Of a stretch of DNA of 64,000 nucleotides, positions 12,530 to 27,321 are shown in pieces. Numbering within the stretch: position 1 is the stretch's first letter; every line of letters begins with the position of its first letter. The notes under the pieces are model-generated. The model was not told the origin of the DNA and ran no database searches. It saw only the letters and a program-made list of their open reading frames with translations. The translations under genes were made by a program, and so were the position numbers. Source of the DNA: Mytilus californianus (taxonomy: Eukaryota); assembly GCF_021869535.1 (NCBI RefSeq), contig NW_026262734.1, forward strand, positions 89,652,001 to 89,716,000, read 5' to 3'.

Positions 12530-12980
12530 ACTTAGCAGAACGAACCCCACCAAAACCTGGGGTTGATCTCAGGTGCACCGGAAGGATGAGCATATCTTGC
12601 TCCACATGTGGCACCCGTCGTGTTGCTCATGTTAGGTACAAACTCGGTAATAAGTCTAATTCGGTAGGTCACATTTGTGAAAAAGGAACGGGATTGTAGT
12701 AACGATATAAGGAACATATCGGCTATCATCTGTGAAATGGAAATTCCATGACGGTCAACCGACTCGTGATGGCGTCGTAAAATTTATGAAGGGATGATTT
12801 CAATTCCTACATTTGGAACTTCCTTCTGAGTAGCAACCCTCTACTAAGGAAATCATGATAGGTATTACAAGCCCAGGAATATCGTTTTAATTTGAAGATA
12901 CATTTTCCTAATGCAGGCGCTGCTTGAATGTTTCTACATAGAAATCGAAAGTTCACAATCGGGAAGCTAAAATCATCTCT
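12530..12980 (+). repeat. Dispersed host repeat family B (related copies at ~26210-26400, ~48230-48700, 51926-52147)
   Basis: Shared core acgaaccc(c)accaaaa..ggggtgatctcaggtgc..ggaagg..ccacatgtgg. Confidence 0.7.
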
Positions 12981-14159
12981 TTTGTCGTAAAGTTTTGTTT
13001 TCAGCCCACCCTCATTGTCATTTTCTAGATATAAGTCAAGATATGAGGCTGACTTACTTAACTGAACTTATAAATCCCACCATTCTCCTATTATGCTATG
13101 ACAATTTCTGTATTCTTGTCTTTAAATTTGGTTTGTGTACATGTCTAAACTGTGTTTATATGTCATTTGCTTTTATAGTGATTATAACACAATGTTAACT
13201 GCAGCACCCCCATGTTTGACATTTTTACCTATAATGTCTTTACGTTTTGCTCACAGATTGTTGTCAATATAATGCACGTGTGAGGAATAGCTTGCTATAA
13301 AACCAGCTCTAATCCACCATTTCGTACATTAGGAAATTCATGAAATAAGTCAGGAATATGGAAGTTGTTTTCAATTTGTTTGATGTGTTTGAGCGTTTGA
13401 TTTTGCAGTTTGATAAAGAACTCTGGATAAACAATAATTTTTTTTTCAAGATCTGGAACGTGGTATCGTGATTTCATTCATGACAAAATATGCAAGATGA
13501 AATATTCAAAATTTGTCAATATGTTTAAACAACAACATTAAATTAAAGTAGGCATTAACTATGCAGTATAATATGAAACACAATACTGTAATTAATATTA
13601 TTTAATGGTTTAAATATCATCAACCCGTAAACAGGATATCCAGAAAAAGACAACTGTCTGGTCTTTTTCATAACAAAGTTGTTGTGTAATCTATAAGGCT
13701 TTATCATCCGATCCCAACTATGTTTATATAAAATTTATGTTGTTTTTTTTTTATTTCTCGCATTTTGCTTACATCTTATTCCGACAAAAAACAAATACAG
13801 ATTTATAAAGCCACTTAATTCCACTCACGGAATGCGACTTTTCATCTTATGTCGAGAGTAATAAGACGGGTGCCACTGATTGAGCACAAAAAGCATACCT
13901 CTCCTGTAGGATTAGAGTAGCTTTGTTTCTGTAGAGAGGAATTTAATAAGCTACGCTGTTGTCTCTTTTTCATGGAGTTTTGGATTTTGCTGCTATAATG
14001 GTATCTTCTCCACGAGTTCTCCCATTTTTGTTTATCCGGAAATTTATATGTTAGTGTCGTTAACATCCCCTGTTTATGGGCACATATGGGTGTATAAAAA
14101 ATAACTATGTCTTTGAAATATCTTCATTGTGTTAAAGCCAACTTAACCATATAGTAAAC

Positions 14160-14338
14160 TAATCCCCGCATCTTGACGGTCAAACGCTGTGACAAAGTTA
14201 CAGGCACTACATAATTTTGTGGAATGACTGAAAATTTTATACAATATTCGACGAAATACCTTAACAGGTGCAGGTATCTTAAATAAACAATGCTAGCACT
14301 GGGATAAATTACACAACACACAATATCTTGCACCCTAC
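14160..14338 (-). pseudogene. Possible heavily decayed WSC-like domain exon
   Basis: After a ttttaag acceptor, one frame gives C-x3-C (GCKILC), CxC (TCTC), C-x3-C and CG, the WSC cysteine spacing, but with 7 stop codons in between. Confidence 0.3.
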
Positions 14339-17300
14339 CTTAAAAAACAGTTCAGTAAAATGAAAATATTTCATTTAACGTCCACAAAGATAGTTGAAAT
14401 GTCAAATATGTATATTCACCTGTGTTTCCGAGGGTGTCTTTCCATGATGTCAGAAGGGAAAATTGTTCTCACAAATGAACATAGATATCATTTTTTGTTA
14501 CATAGAAATTCAATATTCAAAACAGAAATATGTTATATAAAGCAGTGAAATCATAGACATTTTTAATTCACTGGTTGTTGCCTTTTAAGTGATAATCAAA
14601 GAAAATTCTTTGGGAGAAAGAAAATTATAAAGTGTTATTTTCATGTAGCTCTGCATAACAATAGGCTATCCAATTGATAACGTCTGTTCAGAATTGCAAA
14701 TATTTAGAAATTTGTAATGAAATCATATTGTTGATGTTGTTATTATTGCATGGTAAATATTATTACTGTTCTTTACGACAGACAAGAAAAGCAAGGCATT
14801 TTATTTTTGAGCCACAATACATCATGTACTGTATTATAATATACAATTATTGACCTTTAATGACGTTGATACAATGATTTAACAACATCAGAGATATGAT
14901 TTCCAACGACAACGGCCAAGGGTGAATGTCTCATCTCTGGGATTGATAAATCATATCAACAACTGAAATCAAAAGTCAACAATTGCTTTATAATATGACT
15001 TTTTATCCTTCTACAATTTTCTAGTATTTGATCGAGATACTTTAAATCTGCTCCGTGTTTTTATACTAAATATATAGCATTTGCTTTTGCAGTTGCTTAT
15101 TTGCATGAGTCGAACTATTCAATAACGTTTACTAAAAAATTAAACCGAAATCAAGAAGAAAAGAAAAAATACACCGAAAACATAACGAAAAAGAAAAAAA
15201 AACGGGATCTTACAAGACGTCATTAACCTACGTCATCGACGTTGTCTTGGAATATCTATATTTAGGTACACAGATGCTGTTCCAAATCTTATATTAAAAT
15301 CTCGCGATTTTTGCTGCGGTGAATATTATGATTTATCAAAGATGACTTCCCATGCTTTTATTCAATGAAAAAACAGAAAATTTATAGTCATATAATAACA
15401 CTAGATAATGTTGACGTGTAAAAACCTTTACTCGGCTACCGACAGCTATATATTCTCTAGCCTAGTTTGACGCCAGTTGTCTGAATCGCTGGATGCAATG
15501 CATGTGTAGATGTATAGATGTCACAGAATTATGGGTTCAATAGCCGATGAGGGAATACAAAAATGTGCTTATTTCAACACAATTTACATGTGTCGTACAT
15601 ACAAAACTGTATAGCTGTTTATTCAGTTTAATAACATAGACCAATGCAATCACTCGTAATTTGTTACAGATTTTTTTCTTCGAAAGACAAAACTCTTCAG
15701 TTACACTGGATTCGAAACAGTTACATTTGTAGAAGGAGAGGCAAAATACAAAATTGAAAGAATTATAAATAGAAAAGTCGGTGAAAGTCTGGTTATAGCT
15801 ATTAGCTATATAGCATACTAATAGACCATGAATACATCAATTGTTTTGAGAATCGATCTATCTGTAGTAAGTTTTAGTTCCTCTATTGTCAGTGATCTCT
15901 ATAGAAAAGAGTCAATGTGTAATTCTGTTTGTTATGGATTAAATGGTATACGAATGACAACATAGTATATTTATTTTTCTTGTGAGTTTGAATGTTCCTT
16001 TGATATCTTTCTCTTCTTTTTCAAATCTATGCAATTCTAGGAATCTATTCTTAAGTGATTGCTTCCGTCTTGTTTATTGGGACGGTTTGATAAGTAAATA
16101 AAATCAAAGTTCGTTTTAATATCTTTATTCTTGGTAAAGACCACTTAACATTATAATATCCTATTCTTAGCACCCTGAACGTCCAACTCTGAAAATATAC
16201 AGAAAATATGCGTAGAATTGGTACTCACACGATAGGCTAGGCTGTCACAACCATGCAAAGCAAGTTGACTTGTTCGTTTGTTTTCCCCAAAACTTGATTT
16301 TGTATGAGAAAAGTTGTGCTGTGTAAAACAATTTCTCCATTTTAATATTTAAGCGCGTAGCACTGAATGCATCTAACTCGAGTTTAACATTGGGTTCAAA
16401 TTTACACTGATATTGCTGGAAGTACAAAACCAGGTAATTATTTCTATATCAATCAAACAATACTTTATTTTATAAATAAATAGATTATAACACAATGTTG
16501 ACTCCTGTACCCCTATTTTTGTCATTTTTACCTATTATGTCTGTTTGGTTTTTTTCACACATCGATGTCAATATAAATGAATTTGATGAGACTGTCATAC
16601 AAGTGAGAGGTTTAGCTAGCTAAAAAAAAACAGGTTTAATCCACTATTTTCTACATAAGAAAATGCCTGTACCAAGTCAGGAATATGACAATTGTTGTCC
16701 ATTCGTTTGATATATCTGAGCTTTGGATTTTGCCATTTTATTAGGGACTTCCCGTGTTGAATTTTCCTTGGAGTTCAATATTTTTGTGTTTTTACTTTTT
16801 TTTTCATTCAAAGGTCTATCTTCTGTGCAGCTAATCTCTCCAGCAAAAAATGAATTTAACTAAGAACATTTTTTGTTTCTCAAATATTTATTTGATGACT
16901 GATTCGGCTTTGACTTATATATTAGTATTTTGTTGACAGACTGTTACTGAATATTATATATGATAAATAAAGTTAATCCCAAACCGGACGAGTTGATCTT
17001 ACAATGATAGGTTTTCTGGTGAAAAGTTCGATTACTTTATAGAAAAAAATAGATCTGGTATAATGGTTTATAAGACAACTATCTCTCAATTTCAAAATGA
17101 GGTGGATTTAAGAAACTATATGTCACACAAAACCTTAAACAAAATTGATTATCTTTAAACGTATCGAAATGGCAAAACGTCAATAAAACAACAAACGCGA
17201 TTTATTACAAAATATTTAAAACAAAAAACAATATGACACACAGCAACCATTGTATTACAGGTTTCTGGCTTGCAAAAGGTAATTACGAATTTGTCGGGGT

Positions 17301-17896
17301 TGATCATGTTTGTGAACACACAAACCTTAACTGTCCTAGGACAATGATGTAACAACATAAAAAAAGGAAAAAACTGCAAAATGTGTGTTCAGAGGTAAAT
17401 TACTTCAAACATTAACATATTTTGTCAGTACATACATCAGTATTGTTTTACTTTTAATTTTGTTTTCTACCATCGTGTTGTCTTTGTAGCGATATCAATA
17501 TTGTTTAACATTGCAACATAACCAGGAGATTTGGCTAGCCATAAAACCAGTCTCAATCCACCATTTTTTTTAGAATGTCCTGTACCAAGTCAGGGATATG
17601 GAAGTTGTTTTCAAATAGTTCATGTCTATGTATGTTGGCATTAGTATTTGTTGCACTTCAGAGTTTATGTTGTTTCGTTGTTTTCCTCTTATATATGTTA
17701 TATATGTATGTATCCTATAAGCTGTATTGATTTTGGAATAAATAATTATTATAATTTTAGTTGGTGTGCTTCCTCGGTTTTAGTTTGTAACCCGGATTTA
17801 TTTTCTCTTAATCGATTTATGACCTTTGAACAGCAGTATACTACTGTTGCCTTCATTCCTATCATACAAGTTTCACGGAGAGAACTATTTAATTAC

Positions 17897-18116
17897 CTTT
17901 TTTCACAGACAAAGAAGTTCCACCAATAACATGACCTATCGTTCCAATGTAGTTTACCATCTCTTTTGTATAAGTGAGTAGAAAGACATTCCTCATATTC
18001 TCGGTTAGGCTCTCCTGGTCCCCAGTCAGTAAAATCAAACTCGGTGCCACTTTTGTTCCAGATAAATCGTCTATCATTTTTCAAATCATTTGCACCAAGC
18101 CAAACCTCTATATCAT
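17897..18116 (-). pseudogene. C-type lectin domain, C-terminal exon
   Basis: VWLGAND..FIW..DWGPGEPN...C....WNDRSC....FVCEK. The EPN and WND Ca2+/sugar-binding motifs are intact. Confidence 0.9.
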
Positions 18117-19078
18117 CTGAAATACATTGGTTTAAATAAATAACAGTCTACTTGATCAATTCTTATGGCGGTCCGTTAATTGAATTTACTGCATGTTATC
18201 CAGCGAAACTAAAGTCAACGTGATAGCCAAAAAAGGAAATGACATCGGCATTAACCGGCCCTTTTATATCCCGATTTATATGCATACTTTGATCGACATT
18301 CGTATTAATCAGCGTGTCAATGCTACATTCAATAAACATAGCAAACAAACGATTACGAAGGTAATGTCTTGAAGAGGCAAACACTGTTTGTCCGGAACAT
18401 CTAGTGTCGATTCAAAATTGTATACATATGGATCGGTTCTTCGATAATGCCTGTACCAAGTCAGGAACATGACAGTTATCATCCATTCGTTTGATGTGTT
18501 TGCTCTTTTGAATTTGACTTCTGATTAGGGACTTTCCATGATGAATTTCCCCTCTGAGTTCTTTTTTCTATATGTATTATTTAGCCTTATCTGTACAATA
18601 TGTTGAGTTCTAGCCATTAATTTTGACCAGACAAAGTTAACCTTTGTCAGCTTTAATTTGTGTGCTGTTTTGAACGGTCGTATGACTAAACTAAACTAAA
18701 GTGGCGTTTAACACCAACACACTAATCAATCATACGAAGTCAAATTCTTCCAGTCATATATATCTAATAGAAAATATTTGAGTCTGATACGTTTTAATAT
18801 ATAGCAGTCCGTTCACATTTGTAATGTTAACATTGTGGTTATCAGATACATCGGTAAACAATGACAGCAACTTAGGGTACGTATATGTCTCTTTGGATGT
18901 TTTAGTTTTTCTTTGTTCACATATTTGTTTGTTTTTATAGTGATTAAAATTATAACACAATGTCGACTGCTGTTCTCCTATTTTTGACATTGTTATCTAT
19001 CACTTTATCTTATTTTCAGTGTGTTATGTAAATTTTTTCCCTAACTTACATTTTTTTAAAGTCTAGTGTAGTACTTAC

Positions 19079-19181
19079 TGTCATCTTATGTCGGTTTTGG
19101 GAGGATACTCATCAAGAAGTTGTTTTCTCCAGCTGTTTAAATTTCAGCCAAATACGCATTTAGGTTGTATTTACAGTAGTC
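19079..19181 (-). pseudogene. C-type lectin domain, middle exon with two TAA stops
   Basis: DYCKYNLNAYLAEI*TAGENNFLMSILPKPT*DD, with aag acceptor and gtaagt donor. Confidence 0.85.
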
Positions 19182-19721
19182 CTTAAACAAAAGACATTTG
19201 AATTTGAGGGACATTTGTTTAGAAAATATTCATTTCGATATGTGTGTATAAATGAATAAATCACATATTACTAAACATATAAGTCAGTCGAAAAATTATA
19301 TGTAACAAAATCATCAGCCAAGGTTTATAATGCTTTAATTGATAATACATATAATACAATAGATACGAGAGTTTGCATCAAATTCGTAAATTGATAAATA
19401 TATTAAGTGATCAATCCAGAAATAACCTATTAAATCCATACCTGACAGAAGAGTATGTATAATTTTGTGATCAATTAATAAGATATAACAGATTAAGCTA
19501 ACCGTATAGAAATGTTCTGCATCTTTTTTAGTGTGTATCTTCATTTTAAAAAAAGAAGTGTCTTTATATTAAAAGATTTAGTGTGTATCTTTGTATTAAA
19601 ACAACGAAATTTGTATTACATGCACACGTATAAACATTGCGGTTTTTATCCAACGCAATCATAGGTTTGAACGTTGTTTTCAATTTAGACTTGTTTGTCT
19701 TTATATTAAAATATATATAAT

Positions 19722-20388
19722 TAGAGGCTCCAAGGAGCCTGTGTCACTCACCTGATATTTTTTGTAAACTGCATTTTACCCCTATGTTCTATTTTTAGCC
19801 ATGTCAGCCATGTTGGTTGGCAGGCGGGAACACATTTTTTAAACTAAATACCTTAATGATGATTGAGGCCAAGTTTGGTTAAATTTGTCTCTGTAGTTTT
19901 AGAGGAGAAGATTTACAAAAATTTACGAAAAATTGTTAAAAATTAATTTTAAAGGGCAACAACTCCTTAAGGGATCAATTGACAATGTTGGTCCTGTTGA
20001 CTTATTTGTAGATCCTACTTTGCTGAACATTATTGCTGTTTACAGTTTATCTTTGTCTATAATAATATTCAAGATAAAAACCAAAAACTGCAAAATTTCC
20101 TTAATATTACTAATTTAGGGGCACCCACCCGATAACGGTTACCCCTATGTTCTATTTTTAGCTATGGCGACCATCTTGGATTGCGGGCTGGGTCATCGGA
20201 CACATTTTTTAAACTATATATCCCAATGATGATTGTGGCCAAGTTTGGTTAAATTTGGCTCAGTAATTTCAGAGGAGAAGATTTTTGTAAAAGTTAACAG
20301 ACGATGACGGACGACGACGACGGACGACGGACCACGGACGCCAAATGATGAGAAAAGCTCACTTAGCCTTTTAGGCCAGGTGAGCTAA
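19722..20388 (+). mobile_element. Non-autonomous Helentron-like element (HINE) in a lectin-gene intron
   Basis: Subterminal inverted repeat (a/g)ctcacctg at ~19746 and ~20378, 3' stem-loop agctcac..gtgagct (20356-20386), two internal tandem blocks (~19778-19915 and ~20141-20285) and a (GACG/GAC)n microsatellite at 20301-20340. Confidence 0.7.
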
Positions 20389-21216
20389 CAATAAAATTAA
20401 ATATTATAAAACAAAATGCTGATGAATAGGCTTTTTTCGGTGTTTACTAATGACGTCTTTTTTGTACAAATGTCACATATATCATTGATTATAATGAAAA
20501 TACGTTAAGACAGATATTCGATAACATATAAAAGTCACATACATTACCTTACCATCAATCACTACAACAGTTCATCTTGATTAAGGCAAACAAAACTATT
20601 TATATTTTGAAGTTCTGGCAGACAGAGGTAAATTCCTTTTAAGTAACTTAGTTACCGACCTTCTAACACATACTCGCATATGTATTGTGCATGATTGTTT
20701 TCATGCTTGCAGTTTCATAGAATTAATTCCTAGATATAATATTGATGTTCTTAATTCACTACTTTTTAGATTATGTTTGCATACTTATAAAAGTCTATTA
20801 AGAAAAATACAGGTTCATAAACAGAAATAAGAAGATGTGGAATGAGTGCCAATGAGACAACTCTCCATCCAAGTCACAATTTGTAAAAAGCAAACAAATA
20901 TACGTAAAAGTACGACCTTCAACACGGCGCCTTAGATCATCAAGCTATTACAAGTAAAACGACGCAAACAGGAAATTTAACAGTCTAATCTACATTAAAA
21001 ACGATAAACACTTATAACTTATCAACAAAGGACAACCACTGATAAACATGTTCCTGACTTAGAACAGGTCTCGATATATGATCGTATTTGTATTATCTAT
21101 TAATTGTCATGGAAACCAAACAAACACACAGACAAACAGATGAAAGGACAAACAGTTTGGTGAACAATGAAATACAACTTTTGGGTTGATTATCACGAAT
21201 TTTAACAAATGCGTAC

Positions 21217-21305
21217 CTTAGCATCATCCCAATTTCTTTCTATGTACTGGATTGAATAACACGAATCTTCATATCTTTGCCAGCCACGTTTCCAATGTGC
21301 TTTTC
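21217..21305 (-). pseudogene. C-type lectin domain, N-terminal exon
   Basis: GKAHWKRGWQRYEDSCYSIQYIERNWDDAK. This fits the C-x2-GW...SCY...W pattern, but with Trp at the first Cys position. Confidence 0.8.
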
Positions 21306-22973
21306 CTTAATTATTGCAGTAAAATGAAGTAAGATGTTGACAAAACGAATCTGATATAGTTTATCACGAATTTAATGTTAGGTTTTTTTTCATATCAATA
21401 AATCGTCAGGTAAATCTGGACTAATACTTGTTAATATGTACTTTTTACTGTTTGGTGCTTGTCATGTTCATGCCATACGTGTAGTTCATCAATTATTTTC
21501 AGTCACTTTCCGTTTGATCATAGATTTGGTTAATCTGAATCTAATCAACTATTTGATACAGTGAACAGTGTATGGTAAACACTTATCTCTAAAGTCTTTT
21601 TTATGAATTAAAAACTTTAAGACGTAATTGATTGTTAATATGATAAATGAAACTGATCTTTCAACCAAAGGAGTAGGTCCAGTAAGACCCTTTTTTGGCC
21701 CCAAAATATAGCAGTTTTGAAGTTTGAGGCCAAAATTGGCCCTTACATGACCTCCTCCTTTAATATTAAAAATAGTTGTGTTCTAACATTTCAGGTCAAA
21801 AGTATATCCGTAGATAAATAGATCAAAAGAACTATATGAATAAAATGAAAAATACCAAAAATGGAGAATATGTATTAGTCAACGATATTGGTAAGACCAT
21901 CAATGACGGCGATATCTCTTTAGTAGAGTTTCATATCAACAAATCCGTATTGCTAATATCAACGGTGCTGGCTTGTTTTCATTTAGTGTAGTTACAAATA
22001 TTATGATATACATACTGAGCTTATATATATATATATTGTTAAAGATATCTGCTACTGTTTTTTTTTTTTTTTTATTTTACTATAACGACAACCGGCAATT
22101 CTATAGCAGACATTTGCAATATAATTTTATAATCTTTTAGACTATATTATAGCGATGAAATGGTAGACATTATTTATAAAAAGATATTATGGCGTAACTG
22201 CCCGGAATAATGCATCTGCAACCATATTTTGACATAAGCTTAATTCAACATTCCAAATAGGGTAATGAAGTGTCAATATGTCGACTAAATCGTAAGAATA
22301 TCATCTCACCTGGATTGTCTGCTCCTTCTGTAATAAATGTATATGCCAACATATCATTTATTTCAGTTGACTTAAATTGCTTGACGTCTTTACTAAAAAG
22401 TAAAATCACAAAAATACTGAACTCCGAGAAAAATTAAAAACGGAAATTCCCTTATCAAATGGTAAAATCAAAAGCTCAAACACATCAAACGAATCGAAAA
22501 CAACTGTCATATTCCTAACTTGGTACAGGCATTTCTTATGTAGAAAATGGTGGATTAAACCTGGTTTTAGAGCTAGCTAAACCCTTCACTTAGAGTAAAA
22601 TCACTCATTTTAATAAGCATTATCCTCATTGAATTTCTGGCATGCCATAGACATGTCTTACATATTTTATCGTTCGGAATAATCATTTTCATAAAGTCAA
22701 AACAAGCCTTTACTATAAAATTTCAAACCATTTCAAAGTTTAGTACGCGAAACAACTTATTTATAAATAACTAAAGAACTTTATGGATTAAAATAAAAAT
22801 TGATATATTTAACTAAAACGTTGATATCCATGTTTGAATATGACCTTTTTATTCAAAATGATGCAAAATATTAATATGTAATGTGAAGCTATTATCATAC
22901 GAAACTAACACAACTCTCTATCTTTTTTTTAGATAATTCGCAAATAAGGGAGATGTAAAAAAAATTAACACAC

Positions 22974-23210
22974 CACAATAAGGTATATCACAAAATTCCC
23001 ATCTAACATCTGGGTCAGTTGTATAACACCATGGACCATATTCTTCATTGTCTGGATTCCTGCAGTAATTTTCATGGTCCTCCATTTTAACCGAGAATCG
23101 ATGCTTGTGTGGAATTAACGATGACCATGGTTGACATGTATTTCCAAGTCTTGTTTTGCTGATTGTTCCAGTGTAATTTCTTCCCTGCTGATCCATTCGA
23201 CAATTTTGTT
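22974..23210 (-). pseudogene. Kringle domain 2 exon (237 bp, intact)
   Basis: Six Cys with NYCRNPD and [14 protein letters not shown] motifs; phase 1-1. Confidence 0.93.
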
Positions 23211-24727
23211 CTAAAATGATATAAAGTATTATTGTTTATTATGTTTGGCTTTGGTCATGATTAACATGTGTTATCCCCATCGACAATCAACCAACAGTCT
23301 ACGTCCAATAATTTTTTCTTTGATGTCACATTATTTTCTAGCAGGTTCCAGCTGACGTGGGAAAGGTACTTTTTAGTATATAAAGATGTGGCATGGTTAA
23401 ATATGTTTGTGAGAGCTGTGTGTTTATCGAGACAAAGCGGTATGCAAAATTTTACCAAAATCTGTGATATAGCCCATTTACTCTAACTTGACCTTAAGCT
23501 AGATCAAACAAAAATAAAACACTACATAAAAACTTAAAGACTCAAATCAAAGATATAAACTGACATAAACGCAGCTACGGTACAAAAATGACATACACGT
23601 TAGCGACGATACCGTCCTGAATCTAAATCAACAATGTCATAAATTTAGGAAGGATATTGATGGCCTCCATTCATTTATCTTTAGAGGCACGTGGTATTCC
23701 TTGCTGAGGTCAAGTCTCAAGATTCAAAGTACATCTAATGAAAGAATTTTTGTTTTTTTTGAAACATTTGAGTGTCTACTTCAGTCGATTCAATTATAAT
23801 ATGTAAAAGATTTAAACTGATTTAGTCATGAAAGACGCTCAAATTCAACCTTATATAAAAAATCTATCAGATATGCCATAAACCATCCTTTTTCAGATGG
23901 TTTTTGTTTAAAATGGTAGTGGCCGCATTCGTGTTCAATCTTAACCTTTATACATGTTCTGTATTAACATCAAATAAACAAAGTAAAATAGATAAAATTC
24001 ATCTCTAATGGACATCTTATAAAAATATATATCAAATCTACATTTTCGTATATTTGATACATAGACATAAACATGGACTAAAGAAAAATTAAAAAAAAAA
24101 TTATCATGAAGCATTTATATTAAGATATAAAAATCGGAAGATGTGGTAGCATTGCCCATGAGACAACTCTCCAAAAGAGACCAAATGACATGGATGATAG
24201 ACAATCTATATAAGCAAAGTCTTACCTGGTTTTGGTGAGTTATCATAACTATCTAGAAAAAGAAAAAAGAATATCATATATGTTGAATTAAGATATTGAA
24301 AAAATCTTAAAAAATCAATTTCGTATTTAAAACCAAAATTTTAAAAAAAATGATAAACACTTTCAAGCTGAAAACAACAAAAAACATGCTGCTGACCTGG
24401 TCTCAATACTTAGTAACACTGGAGTATATTATTAAAAGAAAACAAAAGTATTCAAACAAGCAATTTTGTCAAATTTACTTGGTTACATTTTTTTTCAAAT
24501 TGACAAATATGTCGACATTTTATGTGTTGATTCACTGAAAAAAAAACATTTCAGAAAGAATGTTCAAGCAATAGCTCAGTTAAATCAAGTTCCAATTTTG
24601 TAAAGAAGGGTAAAAAATATTTCATTTTAAGTTCAATTTGGTATGTGCGTGTCAGAAGTGTTACCATAACTTCAAGACAAGTTACCAAATTAATGTTTGA
24701 CAGTAATGCATACATTTATTTTTTAAT

Positions 24728-25085
24728 TTGAGATTTTTAGACTTATACCTCGAATTTGACATACACAGTCATCTCAGTCCTAGAATCTATGACAAACGAG
24801 ACGATTTAAATTTTGAAATTATCAATTTCCCCCACCTTAGTAGCAATATACCAACTTCACCTGCATATGGGGTATACATCTCCCAACTTATTCGGTATTC
24901 AAGAGCTTGCAGCTCGTACTCAGACTTTGTAAAACGTCACCAGTGTCTGAGCAGAAAGTTGATGAACCAGGGGTATGTCAAAGAACGTGTCGTCCTTTTT
25001 CTAAAATAGTTCATCGGAAGGAACCAAGACCTTGTGGATAAATATTCCGTCTCAACTTCACAAATAATACAGGATGGTCTTGAAG
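24728..25085 (+). pseudogene. Penelope-like RT C-terminal fragment
   Basis: FLDLYLE...IYDKRDD..F.IINFPHLSSNIPTSPAYGVYISQLIRYSRAC. Confidence 0.85.
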
Positions 25086-25149
25086 TATAGATTCTGCGTA
25101 CTGACGTTGTTTATCATCTTAATAACGTGTTATAGTATTCTTTTATTTG

Positions 25150-25470
25150 TCTTTAATAATATTACTTTTACTGTTAAGTCTGTTTCTTTTGAGATATCCA
25201 TTTGAACTGACTCTATACTTATGTATCCCGTCATACTTTGAAAGACAAAATTATTTTATTTATTAATTTTACTTTTACTGTTAAGTCTGTCTTTTGTGAT
25301 ATACATTTGACGTGACTCTGTACTTATGTATCCCGTCATACTTTGAACAAGAAAATTATTTTATTAATTAATATTACTTTTGCTGTTAAGTCTGTTTTTT
25401 TGTGATATCCATTGGCGTGACTCTCTACTTATGTATCCCGTCATGCTTGAACGACAAAATTATTTTATGT
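25150..25470 (+). repeat. Three tandem ~106-bp repeats in the PLE 3' region
   Basis: ctgttaagtctg...tacttatgtatcccgtcat recurs at 25171, 25278 and 25383. Confidence 0.85.
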
Positions 25471-25596
25471 CTACCTTGTGCGAATTTCAAACGCGCGATT
25501 TTACGCAAGTACTTAAAACCTTTCATCCTTTATGGGTGGATTTTACATAGATAAATAAAATCGTATAATAAAAAAGCAAAATGAGGATGTTAAATT

Positions 25597-25967
25597 TGAC
25601 GTATGCCTTTTTGTGCTTCTTCGTTACATTTGTTTGTTTTTTTAGTGATTAAGATGATAACACAATGTTGACTGCTGTACCCCTATTTTTGACATTTTTA
25701 CCTATTGTGTCTGTTTGTTTTGTTCACGCATCGTTATCAATATAATGAAATTTGATGCGACTGTCATATACGTGAGAGGTTTAGCTAGCTATAAACCCAG
25801 GTTCAATCCACCATTTTCTACATAAGAAAATGCCTGTACCAAGTCAGGAATATGACAGTTGTCATCCATTTGTTTGATGTGTTTGAACTTTTGATTTTGC
25901 CATTTGATTAGGGACTTTCCTTTTAGAATTTTCCTCGGAGTTCAGTATTTTTGTGATTTTACTTTTT
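25597..25967 (+). repeat. Dispersed host repeat family C, near full-length copy (others at ~13180-13420, 16490-16790, 18445-18550, 22400-22590(-), 29700-29880(-))
   Basis: Shared core aaaatgcctgtaccaagtcaggaatatgacagttg. Confidence 0.8.
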
Positions 25968-27321
25968 ATTGTAAAGAATAATTCATTTGACATTTCATTT
26001 AAGCAGTATTTCGTTATTGGCTTGACAATATGGATATCGTTCTATTCAACTGTAACATTGTACATTTCAAACTAATTCTAAAACAACGAATGTAATTCTC
26101 TCATGCATATCGCTGTTTCCTTGTCTGGGATAAGCTTTACTTTTAGTCCGGTTTTGTCTGCGTATTAACATTTGTGTTAGGTATAAGATTCAAGCATCGC
26201 TGTTGTGACATTAAAAGAGAGGCAAAAAATATCAAATGGGATATTCAATCTCATAAATAGAAAGTAAACTTGAAATGTCTAGGGAAAAGACGAAAAACAA
26301 TGTAACGGCAAACAGACCATGCAGAAGTACACAAAACATATAACAAGAAAAATAACTGAGCGACACGGACCCATCCAGAATTTGAAGGGGAGGGATCTGG
26401 TCCCATGTACTCTTTTTTGTCTAACATGTCCAATTGCTCATCTGGGGCAATAAAACTAATACCCTTTGTCGTATACATATTTTTCAGTAAGCATTACTAA
26501 ACGTCGTTGATATTAAGTTTTGCGGCTCGAACAATTAGTCGAAGAACACGTAACATTTTCTTTACATAATAGTAATAGAAGTTGTCTTAGATAGGTCAAT
26601 TACCAAATAAATGATAATAAAAACAAAACAACCTCCTTTTGGTTTCATTGGTTATATGTGAAGTGTAGCAATTTCTATCACCCCTTCTAATCAGCAAAAC
26701 AATCAACTAATATCAACAAGAAGATGCGGTACGAGTGGCAATGAGACAACTCTCCATCAAAGTCACAATGTGTAAAAAGTAAACAGTTATATGTCAAAGC
26801 ACGGCCTTCAACACGGATATCTAGCTCACACCGAACAGCAATCTATAAAGAACCCCAAAATGACTATTTTGAATCATTTCAAACAGGCAATCCAACGGTC
26901 TAATCTATATAAAAACGAGAAACGAGAAATACTTATGAACCACATCAGCAAACGACAACCACTGAACCAAAATAAGAAATTTGCTGTCACAGACATAGAG
27001 TAACAACACGTTCTCCATGTACCGTTAAATACTGCTGACAAGACAAATCTTAGATTCTTTTTATCAATTAAATTTAAAGGACATTTTCATGCATGGTGTA
27101 TTAGTATTACGTCATCCCTACAACTTTCACCAAGTGTATCGTGATTTGTAACCAATAGAAAATGTGTGCATTTTATCGCACAAGAAAGATTTAACTATTG
27201 TTTACACCATTTGTGTAGAACTGTTCCGACAATAAAAGACATGAGAAACAAGATAATGAACAATTAAACAAACAAAATATCAATATAATTAGCTATCAAA
27301 GGTACCAGACTTATAATTAAA

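Noticed and set aside
16224-16414. Candidate next exon of the lectin gene (good ccag acceptor and gtgagt donor)
   Set aside because: The phase-compatible frame has two stops and no recognisable domain, and the open frame is out of phase.
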